The notes beneath the pieces were generated by a model. It had not been told where the DNA came from, ran no database searches, and worked only from the letters and a program-made list of their open reading frames with translations. A stretch of 63,399 bases of DNA, filler included, from Octopus bimaculoides (lineage: Eukaryota): assembly GCF_001194135.2 (NCBI RefSeq). It is 4 parts of 4 records of this genome, joined end to end, with 100 filler letters (N's around TTAATTAATTAA, not from the genome) between each part and the next. Parts side by side here need not be neighbours in the genome. Positions count along the whole stretch, not along the records: positions 10,418 to 40,934 come from NC_069005.1; 3 more parts are not named here. One strand, given 5' to 3'. Positions 13,210-23,940 of this stretch are shown one piece after another (the first letter of the stretch is position 1; the number at the start of each line of letters is the position of its first letter). A program made the position numbers and the translations under genes.

Positions 13210-13256
13210 GTCTCCGATGAAGGGATAGATAAAATATGCCAGAAACAGCTGTAAGA
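13210..13256 (+). ncRNA. Minimal type I hammerhead ribozyme motif (PLE pLTR type), U4C variant
   Basis: Stem I gtct/agac; core CCGATGA 13214-13220; stem II ggGata/tatGcc (5 of 6 pairs); GAAA 13242-13245; palindromic stem III ACAGCTGT; cleavage triplet GUA. Confidence 0.7.
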
Positions 13257-13529
13257 CCTTCTCTTTATAAATATTCTGAAATTTTTCAAAGCCTTGAATT
13301 TTTATCTCATTCTGTTAATTTTTTATATATACGCATGCCGATATATGATCTACGTTGGACTCCTCATTCGCATAATCACCGAACCTGGAGCTTAACTATA
13401 GTCTATCCATAGCACTTGCTCAGTATNNNNNNNNNNNNNNNNNNNNNNNNNNNNNNNNNNNNNNNNNNNNNNNNNNNNNNNNNNNNNNNNNNNNNNNNNN
13501 NNNNNNNNNNNNNNNNNNNNATATATATG

Positions 13530-13612
13530 TATTCGCCATGATAGATCGCTGACCACTACACACATTCTTTTCTCTCCTTGTTTCTTTCCGTGTTCCTTTC
13601 TGTAAAAGAAAG
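13530..13612 (+). mobile_element. PLE pseudo-LTR fragment (same family as 38040-38240)
   Basis: gccatgatagatcgctgaccactacacacattct...cttgtttctttccgtgttcctttctgt aligns by eye to 38065-38137. Confidence 0.7.
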
Positions 13613-14790
13613 CAGTCTATTCTGGCCCAGGACGATTCTTTCTGGGTGAAAAAAGAGGGCGACCCATTGTTCGACGTCTCTATGGGGAGCTTTAAGGGGG
13701 CTGAAATCGCCGACCTCGTCGGGTTATACATCTTGGATACCCTTACGAGACGTATCCACCCACATAGGTCGGCCCTTGATAGGGAGGACGGCCAGGCTAT
13801 CTCAAGATATATGAACGGCCACACCATGCACAGGTTCAGGAAGGACTTGATAAAAATATTTAAGGAATTCGGTCTGTCCATAACGGTTACCACCAACCTA
13901 ACTATGATCAATATTTTGGACGTAACCTTAGACCTCAGTACGGGAAAGTAATACTCGTACAGGAAGCCTAACGAGGATACAGTATACATCCACAAGAGCC
14001 CAAATCATCCCCCCCCCGCTGTAATTAGAAACCTGGTTCCAGACATTAGTTAACAATTATTTAATCTCTCAGTCAATAGAGAGATCTTTAATAGCACCCC
14101 CACTACAATAGCAGGTTTACTGAGAAGCTCACGCATGTGGACAACCCCCAAGCACCCTCTCCTCACCCCAAAAGGATTAGAAGAATGTGTATTATATGGT
14201 GTAACCTCCCCTTCAACCTAGAAATTTTCACCAACGTAGCTAGGGGCTTCCTGTCGTTAATTAAGAAACACTTCCACAGAAGCCATAAGTATTACAAACT
14301 CTTCAACCTCCATAGTGTCAAGCTGAGCGACTCCTGCTTAGACAACATCGCATTTAACATTGCACGCATCAACAGACGTAAAATTGCAACCACACCACCC
14401 CAATCTGCAACTTACGAAACGCCACCATGTGCCCTCTAGAAGGATCTTGTTTCTCAAAGGCCGTAGTATACAGAGCCACCCTTACACCATCCGATAGCAT
14501 TACTGGGCACTATACGGGTGTGACAGCTAATGAATTCAGCTAATGCATATGTACTCGTTCAGATCCAGGGATAGAGAGAGCTCTACTTCCCTGTCTCGTT
14601 TTCTCTGGAGACGAGATGAAATACCCAGCATCAAATGGACTATTATCAACAGAGCGCCACCGATATTCATCCGGTGCCCCCAACTGCAAGCTCTACCTCC
14701 GTGAAAAACTGCATATTCTCCAACAACCCGCAAGAAATACAATTTATCGTATTGCTGTCACCAGAGATATGCCCTTCTGGCGAATTTCAG
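13613..14790 (+). mobile_element. Penelope-like element relic: RT C-half, thumb and GIY-YIG EN (Hydra-clade-like), disrupted
   Basis: WVKKEGDPLFDVSMGSFKGAEIADLVGLYIL...LDREDG (YRDDG decayed)...NILDVTLDL...YRKPN...NHPP; IIWCNLPF...KHFHRSHKYYKLFN; CPLEGSCFSKAVVYRA...HYTG; CKLYLREKLHIL. Several stops and frameshifts. Confidence 0.9.
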
Positions 14791-15329
14791 TCCTCTAACT
14801 GCGGACAACCCGGACATACCATCTTAACACCAGCTGCTACTCTGCACCGCCTGCTACCAACCAACCCCATGAGCAGGACCGTCATTTACCAATCCCCAAC
14901 GTTTACCAACCCCCAACGCATACCAATACCCAACACTTACCAACCCCAACGCTTGTTTTACGTGTGTATACTTGTGCAGGCGCGCATGCGAATGCCCATG
15001 TGCACGCTTATGCGTGTGTGTGCGCACATGCATGCGAATATACATATGTACATATGAATGAGTATGCATGTTGTGTTTATGCGTGTGTGTGTGTGTGCAC
15101 GTGTGCGTATACGTGTGTATACAGAAGATAAAAGGATTATTGGATTATAAGTATGGAGGGATCAGAGGAGAATAATAGTAATTGTGAAAACTAAAATGCA
15201 ACCAATTTATTGGAAGTAACATGTATAGATCAAAAACAGTTTGATTCAAATTCGTTGGTACTCTTGTGTTTCAAGCGCGATACTAATCGTCAGCCATTTT
15301 GAATTTGAATGACAGTGTAGATCATCTGA

Positions 15330-17603
15330 TCGTAAAACACGTGGCAAATCATTCCCGGACTCAAACCACAGTGGATCGATAAATGCTACATCAAAGACTT
15401 CTTCCCGACAGGGAACTGCAGGTTATGAAATTGGTGAATCAGATAGTACTCGGAGAAAACCGAGGTTCTTGTGGCCTTCTGCTAACGGGAAAGAAAAATA
15501 TAAAAAATTTGGAAACAAGGTATGTCGAGCTTTTTATAAAATGACAGGCTCTACAGTGGAGAAACTGGGAAAGTTAACAAGCTCAATTTACGATACAGGA
15601 AAGGAATTATTTGGAGTGAAAGATAGTGTCCGATTAGCGAAAGAAAGTGTGGACCAAGCAGGAGGATCAGGAAAATGAAATAGTTGAGGAAGGAAAAGAC
15701 CAGCCTAAGAAAGCGATCGAAATGTGCTACAGAAGGCAAAAAACCTGGCCTCGCGCTGCTGTACGACGATTTGAAAAGGAAATGCCGTTATGTGCAACGA
15801 CATATCCGCCGATATGAGCGTCGAAAGGAGAGTAAAAGGACTCGGGGGCAGTTTCTGAAGGACCCGTACGGGTTTACTAAGAAGCTGTTTGCTGAACCGA
15901 AGAGTGGCACTTTATCGTGCACGAAAGAAGAATTGAACACTCATATCAAAGAAACCTACAGCGATCCCCACCGTAACCAGCCACTGCCACCTCTACATGA
16001 GCTAAAGCATCTCTTAGAACTTGATATCGAATTTCAAATTGGGGACATCAGAGAGAAAGAGGAGAATGATTTTGTGAGAAAAGCTAGAGCAAAGAGTGCC
16101 CCAGGAGGTGATGGCGTCTCGTATAAAGTATACAAATATGGCAATCGTCTGCGAAAGCTCTTTGTCCTACTCCGAAAGCTGTGGCGCGAAGAAACTTCTT
16201 GTAGAGGATTGGTGTAAGGCAGAATGCACATACCTGCCGAAGAAGGACAATGCAGAGACTATAAAACAGTTTAGGCCGATATCCTTATCGAATGTGGAAG
16301 GCAAGATCTTTATGGGAATTCTCTCGAGGAGAACAATGACATATTTACAGAGTAATGGATATGTTGGTAAATCAAAAGGCTGGAATCCCTGAGATCCCTG
16401 GATGCGTTGAACACTGTTTTTCGATTTGGCAAGTGATCCAGGATGCCAAACAGAACAAGAGAAGTCTGAATGTGGTATGGCTTGACCTAGCTAATGCATA
16501 TGGCTCACTGACACACGAATTACTGATAAGAGCCATGGACCACTTCCATATTCCAGACAAACTAACCAAAATAATGAGGATGTATTAGGACAGCTTCGAG
16601 ATGAGGTTTACAGCCGGAGATTTTACAATAGATTGGCACCGATTGGAGATTGGCATTGCTGCTGGCTGTACAATATCTATCACGAGGTTTATTCTAGTCA
16701 TGGAGATGATTTTGAAATTTATGCATTTTTTGGAACAAATTGCCTAACAAAGCCTTCATGGATGACGTCAAACTTCTATCACCAGATAAGCAAATCATGC
16801 AGAGTGCCCTCTTGAAACTAGATGAGCTTGTGAGGTGGTCAAGGATACGGTTTAGAGCAAAAAAGTCGCGTAGTCTGACATTTGTTAAGGGAGTGAAGAA
16901 AGAAGTTAAGTTTCAAGTAGCTGAAGAAAGCATTCCAACAGTCAAAGAAGAATCGCAGAATGGAAATTATGAAACAAGCCGAGATTGGATTATCAGCGAT
17001 TGATAATTCAAAGTTACTAGGAATATAAAATTTGGTGCTTACAGTTCGGCTTGTATCCGCAACTTTCGTGGCCACTTTTCATATACAAGATAGTATTGTC
17101 ATGAGTTCAAATCATTGAACAAATATGTACTGCGTTCATTAGAAAGTGGCTAGACCTACCTCGGATGCTGAACAATTCAGCTCTTTATCGTAAAAGAGGT
17201 TCGTTGCAGTTACCACTGGCGTCAATATTCGAAATATATAAACTGGGGAAGGTAAGGACGGTGATGATACTGAGAGAGTCGAAGGACATGGAAATCAGGC
17301 GTAATCTAGCAGAAGTCAAAACAACCAGGAAATGGAAATCAGAAGCAGAGATTGATGACATCTTATCTTCTCTTACACACCGAGGTATGGTGGGTACAAC
17401 GCAAAATCATCGGTAAGGACTTGGTTTGGGCGCAGATCAGTTCAGACCGTTCGCAAATATGATGCGGAGTGAACGCAGATCTGAAGAATACTGAGCGTTA
17501 TTTAATAACCAGTTGATCTCGCAAGCGGGGCCTCATATCAGTGCTGGCTTCAGGCGTTCTCGACTGGTGGCACTTGCATGTGCAAGTTGTTTGGAAAACA
17601 TCA
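15330..17603 (+). mobile_element. HERO-like RLE non-LTR retrotransposon, copy 1 (pre-RT and RT region plus 3' UTR; Zn-knuckle/RLE deleted), pseudogenised
   Basis: RRKPRFLWP; RRYERRKESKRTRGQFLKDPYGFTKKLF; KSAPGGDGVSYKVYK; FRPISLSNVEGKIF; GCVEH; VVWLDLANAYGS; GIAAGCTIS; AFMDD. This R2-group RT series with an SAPGxxGVxYKVYK motif is typical of HERO. Frameshifts near 16190, 16370 and 16745; stop at 16586. Confidence 0.85.
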
Positions 17604-18350
17604 ATCAGCAGTTTCAATCTTTAACTTTCTTGTATAATTGTTTACTGATTCAGTATATTGTAATAATTTTACTATTTTATATTTTAAATCTTATTATATT
17701 ATATTATTACATTTTATCTATGACTTGACTTGGTATTTCATGGACATCAATTAGCCCCTTTAAATATACGTCAATTTTACTTTTGTTTTTCTATTTTTCA
17801 CAACACACTTCTTACAAATTTTACCATTTCCTTTTCTCTCATTCACGTTTTTGTTCTTTCTCTTATCATCCTTGTTTCTTTAATGTTACCCTTGGTACCC
17901 CTTTTCTTCATAAAAATGGCCTTTATGAATATCATAACGTTTATTGCTACATAGTCCTCCTTTCTCAACCTACTTCATTGTCCATCTTTTATCTCGCTTT
18001 ACCAATATGGCTTTAGCGTTGTTTTTACTCCATACCTTTACTCCATGTCAATATGGTTACTTTCCCACTATAACGTTATAAGCCATTCCTGATGATTGCC
18101 TTTATAACCTTACCTATACACATACAAGTGCATTACATTATTTAAAAGGCCTTAATGAAATAACAGGCTGGGCTTCATTTAATATTGCTTGAATTTCCAT
18201 AATCATTGTTTATGTTTGTTTTAGCAAGGTGAATTATTTATCTACACCGTTATTGAAACGATCGTAACAAGATACTAATATTTTCATTCCTTTATTTATA
18301 CTGTTATACTCTGTGACTGACGAAAATTCCTGGATTTTCATTTCATGCAG

Positions 18351-18475
18351 AATACTTTGCATTTACTGGATTTCCTTACAGAAACTCTGGGCCTCAGTGA
18401 AAATCAACTGGCTGGTCTTTTCCGGAAGAGTTTTGAGCCAGAGCTTATGGATAATTTCTAGAAATCCTTGGCCTA
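18351..18475 (+). other. Candidate spliced exon (125 nt), unassigned
   Basis: Branch-point-like gaCTGAC 18315-18321, pyrimidine tract, CAG at 18348-18350, donor GTAAGG at 18476. Only one frame is open end to end. Confidence 0.35.
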
Positions 18476-18799
18476 GTAAGGCTGTCAGAGTCATTGCCTG
18501 TTCGAGATAATTCTACAGGCATTGTAGTACCATAACTTTCAGTGGTGGCTCTACATTCTGTAGAAAATCTGTAGAGATAACGTAAAAGTGCTAACATAAA
18601 AGTGGGACACACTACTGCCTTTTAAACCTTTGATAAACTCGGTAGTATTTTATGGTTGCAAAATGAAATACAGCAATTAATGTGTGTATCAGTTGTCAGG
18701 AATGTGTTTAATATTTAAATTGGCCAACCCAATAGTGTTACACTACTAAACATAGTGGCTATTTAAGCAATTTGTTCATGGATAGTGAATGGATTGGAT

Positions 18800-18845
18800 G
18801 TGGTACTGAAGACGGGGCAATAACTCCTGAAAAATGCATATACAC
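18800..18845 (+). ncRNA. Degenerate type I hammerhead motif, unit 1
   Basis: gta-CTGAAGA-c-gggg-caataa-ctcc-t-GAAA-aatgca-TA-tac. Stem II 4 bp, stem I 3 bp, one mismatch in stem III. Confidence 0.55.
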
Positions 18846-19177
18846 CCATTACTTTTTTATCTTCAATCTCATTGTTTACATACACGTATTCATATACAAA
18901 ATATCGTAACTGTTAGTGCTGGCTCTAAATTCTATAGAAAATCTGTAGAGTTAACTTAAAAGTGATTGTATTGCACAGATAACACAAAATTAGGACACAA
19001 TATTGATTTATAAACTTTTAATATATTTGGTAGTATTTTATGGTTGCAAAACAAAGTACAGTGTTCCTACTAGCAGTTGCCAGGTTTAATATGTAAAGTG
19101 GTATATCCAGTAGGGTTACACTACTATATTTAGTAGGTATTTCAGCAATGTGTTAGTGGATAGATAATGGGTTGGAT

Positions 19178-19225
19178 GTGGTGCTGAAGAGGGAACAATA
19201 ACTCCTGAAATATGCATTTTACAGC
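19178..19225 (+). ncRNA. Degenerate type I hammerhead motif, unit 2
   Basis: CTGAAGA-ggga-acaataac-tcct-GAAA-t-atgc-a-TT. Stems II and III pair; stem I is weak. Confidence 0.55.
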
Positions 19226-19344
19226 AATTACCTATTTTTTCTATCTTCGATCCCATTGTTTACATAGATGTATTCATATACGAAACGTTGTAACTTTCAG
19301 TGCTGGCTCTACATTCTATAGAAAATATGTAGAATTAACTTAAA

Positions 19345-19817
19345 AGTTATCTCTTATAGCATTATAAGATCCTTAACAAGAATACTGTTAAAACATTTTT
19401 ATTTCAAATTTCCTAACCTTGCACAAAACATTGTTTCTTCAAATGTAGCTGCAGCTAAATTAACAAGCAGTAACAACAATAATTGTAATCACATTGGTAG
19501 CAACTATAATGCAATTACAATGTTGTTAATAAAAACAGTTGACCTTCAGAAGAGAATTCCCTAATTAACAATTTACAAATGTATGCTTAACATCCCCACC
19601 ACTTATAAATCTTACACAGATTTAACAGCCAATATATTTAAGTTTTGATATCACACAGTTACTCATTTTGAAATTTGACTAAAAAGAATACAACATTACT
19701 TTCAGTGTATACCTGGAGATTAAAGGATAAAAATATCTTATATGACAACCAGTGGAAAATTTTAGCGAAAGCCAAATCAGATAATGGTAATAGAAGACTT
19801 TGCAATTTATGTGTCAA
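19345..19817 (+). mobile_element. Penelope-like linker and GIY-YIG relic (Hydra-clade-like), interrupted by HERO copy 2 and resuming at 21776-21960
   Basis: YKILNKNTVK...PNLAQNI; TIYKCMLNIPTTYKSYTDLTANIFK; SF*NLTKKNTTLLSVYTWRLKDKNILYDNQWKILAKAKSDNGNRRLCNLC. Confidence 0.75.
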
Positions 19818-21778
19818 ACAGAACAAGTGAAGTCTGAATGTGGTATGGCTTGACCTAGCTAATGCATATGGCTCAGTGACACACAAATTACTGATAAGAG
19901 CCATGGACCACTTCCATATTCCAGACAAACTAACCAAAATAATGAGGATGTATTAGGACAGCTTCGAGATGAGGTTTACAGCCGGAGATTTTACAATAGA
20001 TTGGCACCGATTGGAGATTGGCATTGCTGCTGGCTGTACAATATCTATCACGTGGTCTATTCTAGTCATGGAGATGATTTTGAAATTTATGCATCTTTTG
20101 GAACAAATCGCCTAAGAAAGCCTTCATGGATGACATGAAACTTCTATCACCAGATAAGCAAATCATGCAGAGTGCCCTCTTGAAACTAGATGAGCTTGTG
20201 AGGTGGTCAAGGATACGGTCTAGAGCAAAAAAGTCGCGTAGTCTGACATTTGTTAAGGGAGTGAAGAAAGAAGTTAAGTTTCAAGTAGCTGAAGAAAGCA
20301 TTCCAACAGTTGAAGAATTTGTCAAGAGCTTGGGGCGAGTACATACTGGAACATCGTCAGACAGGAGTCATGAAATGGAAATTATGAAACAAGCCGAGAC
20401 TCAAAGTTACCAGGTAAATATAAAATTTGATGCTTACAGTTCGGCTTGTATCCGTGACATTCATGGTCACTTTTAATATACAAGGTAGCATTGTCATGAG
20501 TTCAAATCATTGAACAAAATGTAATGTGTTCATTAAAAAGCAGCTAGGCCTACCTCAGATACTGAACAGTTCAGCTCATTATTGTAAAAGTGGGTGCAAC
20601 ACAAAATCATCGGAAAGGGCTTGGTTTTGGCACAGGTTAGTTCAGACCATTCGCAAGTATGATGCGGAGCGAATGTAGATGTGTTGTTAGCAACAGCGTC
20701 AAAATGAGAAAACAGAGAGAAGAGAGCTTCATTTGATTCAATGTATTCAACAAGGGCAGCTGATGAGATGGGAGGAACATGTTGTTGAGAGGAAAATAAG
20801 TTGGGATGAGATATGGAGGTGGACCACATCTCGGCTAAGTTTTCTGATTCGTTCATTCTATGATGTTTTGTCATCACCTGCAAATCTAGTAAGATGGAAT
20901 GTCTCAGAGAATGATATATGCAAATGCGGAAAGGTCGGAACACTGAACCATATTCTTTCCAACTGTTCACTAGCATTGAACAGGTATACATGGAGACACA
21001 ACCTGGTCCTTAAGGTTATCTTCGGTGCTATAAAGAGCTAAATTGATCTCAACAACAGTGAAAAAAGACCGTTGAAAGTACCAACTAAAGATTTCATCAC
21101 CTTTGTGTACTTAGGACAGTGGATCCATTTCAAGAAGAAGAATAACAAACTTCCTGTGAGCAATGAAAAGTGGAAGGGCTATTGGGAGGTGACTGCAGAT
21201 TTACCAGGGTGCCAGAGATGCTTTCCCATCTCAGTTATGAAAAAACCAGACATTCTAATGTGGTGTGAAGGAAAGAAATTTGTAAATCTAGTCGAGCTAA
21301 TGGTTCTTCATGAAGATAACATGGACGCCACTCGAAAGATTGACCATTATGTAAACCTCCTTGAGGAATGTGAAGACACAGGCTGGAAAATGGAGCATTT
21401 TCCAATCGAAATTGGATGTAGAGGGTTTGTTGGACACAGTGTGAGACAATTGTATTATTAGACCTGACTCATCATAAAATAAATACCACCATGACCAATA
21501 TCCAAACTACAGAGGAAAAGGCTAGCCACTAGATTTGGTTAAAAATAGATGATGAGCGTTGGCTAGAAGAATATTAAACTTTATTTAATAACCAGTTGAT
21601 CTAGCAAGCGAGGCCTGATATCAGTGAGGTGGTGGGGGCGTACACATTGATGCTGTCAAGATGTAGGCCCCGAAATGGCAGGCATTTTTTCCTGATGACC
21701 TCATACACTTGTTGGCTTCCAGTATGTAGAGTTCTCGACTGGTAGCACTTGCATGTGCAAGTTGTTTGCAAAACATCA
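19815..21778 (+). mobile_element. HERO-like RLE non-LTR retrotransposon, copy 2 (5'-truncated: RT3-7, CCHC knuckle, RLE, 3' UTR)
   Basis: VVWLDLANAYGS...MDD; QQGQLMRWE...WDEIWRW...RLSFLIRSFYDVLSSPANLVRW...CKCGKVGTLNHILSNC...RYTWRHNLVL; KPDILMW...VELMVLHEDN...GWKMEHFPIEIGCRGF (PD-(D/E)xK restriction-like EN). Confidence 0.9.
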
Positions 21779-22548
21779 TTTTGAAATCTGGTTAAAAAGA
21801 ATACAACATTACTTTCAGTGTGTACCTGAAAGTTAAAGGATCAAACCAGACAATGGTAATAGAAGATCTTGCAATATATGTGCAATATAAGCAATGAAAA
21901 TCTTTCTTGTTCATGATTAAATCATTATAGGAAATTTGACATTATATTAGTGTATAAGCAAAAGACAGACAAGAAATATCTAAATGTGTACCTAAATGGA
22001 TGATCTTTCTATATCATTCTCATACAGAATGGAACAATGACATCACACATACACACACACACACACACACATACATATACTTATATTTTTACATAGATAG
22101 ATAGACAGACAGACAGATGAGTGTATATACCTATTCACACATGGAAAAATACAAAGATATATAAAATATTTTATTCCAATGAATAGTGCAAAGAAAAAGA
22201 GTTATTTATATTTGTTGAGCAAAAGTATCCTTCAATGGAGGAACAAGCATATTGTACACACACACACATCAATTTTTCCATTCTAGCATGGGTTAGAAGA
22301 ATATTATATTGAGGCAATATTTTCACTCAGCTGCCTTTCCTATCATTAACCTTTACCTGTTTTTCAAGGGACCTATTACTCTACATGTAATCAAAGCTGG
22401 AGAACCAGTAGATAATTTGTTGACAAGGGAAATGACAATAACATTATGGCATATAGCTCAGTGATCTTCAGAAATGTGCAAATATAAACACAAATACACA
22501 TACACACACATATATACTTAGGTATGTATGTGTGCATACGTACATATA

Positions 22549-23845
22549 TGTGGTAGTATCAAAAAGTTCCCGGACTAGTTCTGTAGCATGCCAACAGATG
22601 GCAGCACATGGTTGCATGTGCAGTGAGAGCTAGCAGTGGCCTTCATGAGGCAGTGTGCAGAGTGACATCACTGTGTTTACTTCACAAGTTGTGAAATTTG
22701 AGTTTCTGTAATCATGTGTATACTGTAGTATGTGATTTTGTCATGGACAGGAAGTAGGAACAAAGAGCCAATGTGAAAATTTGTGTTAAACTTGGGAAGT
22801 CTGCTACAGAGACATTGAGCATACCTCGATAGTGATGAGGCTATAAGTAGTATACAATGTTTCGATTAGCACAGGCACTTCAAAAGCGGAAGGTCCTTGG
22901 AAAGTGATGAGTGATCTGGAAGACCTGCCATGAGTGTCATCACCTGAAATGTGGAGAAAGTTCAGAAGCTTGTGCATGAGGATCATCAAAGGACAATCAC
23001 CAACATTGCTGATGTTGTTGGTCTGTCATTATGGGTCCGTGCAAGCAATCCTAGCATCTGAATTGAACATGTGGCATGTCTCTGCCAAGTTTGTCCTCCA
23101 CCTGCTGATCACTGGATAGAAAGAACACCATGTCAAAGTGTGTCAAGATCTCTGTCAGCATGCCACTGATGACCCATACTTCATGTGGATGATCATCACC
23201 AGTGACAAGATGTGGGTCTAGAGGTATGACCCTAAGACAAAACAGCAGTCATCACAACGAAAGAGTCCTTCATCTCCACAACTGAAGGAGGTACAACAGA
23301 GCTGCAGCCCAATCAAGAGCATGCTCATCATTTTTTCTGACATCTGCAGTGTTGTGCATCAAGAATTCATCCCCAAGGACCAAACCATCAATTCAGAGCT
23401 CTACAGCAACATTTTGAAGCGTCTGAGGGAGGTCATTCAGTGAAAGCAAGCAGATCTGTGGAACGCGAAGAATTGGATTTTTCACAATGACAAGGCACCC
23501 TGTTACCGAGCACTTCTTACTCGTGAGTTTCTCATCAAAAACAACATGGTATCATTTCCACATCTGCCCTATTCTCCAGATTTAGCACTTGTGGACTTCC
23601 ATCTCTTCTCCAATATGAAAAGGCAGCTCAAAGGTCACCACTATCAACATTCAGAGCAAATTTCAGAAGGTCCCCAACACATTTATGGAAAATGACTGCC
23701 AGTTTCCAAAAGTATCAGGAATTCTGGAGCTGGTATATTTGCAGTGCAAGGTGACCATTTCAAAGAAGATTATGCTAAAACTTAGGTAAATAAGTTATTT
23801 TTTTATTAAACGTAACTAGTCCAGAAACTTTTTGATACCACCTCA
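22549..23845 (+). mobile_element. Full-length mariner (DD34D, irritans-like) relic, 1297 bp, with TA TSDs
   Basis: 32-bp TIRs with 4 mismatches, TA on both sides. Transposase EQRANVKICVKLGKSATET...VSAKFVLHLL...ITSDKMWV...HNDKAP-(34 aa)-D with YSPDLA motif; many stops and frameshifts. Confidence 0.95.
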
Positions 23846-23900
23846 TACATATACATACATACTTGTGTTTGTGAATATATATATATATACACACACTCAA

Positions 23901-23940
<40 letters not shown>

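Larger units (their letters stand above)
18533..19347 (+). repeat. Tandem array of ~374-384-bp units (2.15 copies), each full unit with a hammerhead-like motif
   Basis: Units start at 18533, 18907 and 19291 (taactttcagtg.tggctctacattct.tagaaaat.tgtaga). HHR cores CTGAAGA at 18806 and 19184, GAAA at 18829 and 19207. Confidence 0.85.

Noticed and set aside
18085-18170. Other CTGATGA hits (about 18089, 32580, 36362, 51045, 58281)
   Set aside because: None has a stem II followed directly by GAAA; a 7-mer is expected several times by chance.
18533-19347. Tandem units as a CRISPR-like array
   Set aside because: Eukaryotic DNA, whole ~380-bp units are homologous with no unique spacers, and there are no cas genes.
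21672-21703. GAAA...CTGATGA in the HERO 3' UTR as a type II hammerhead
   Set aside because: No stem I hairpin and no stem II pairing adjacent to the core.
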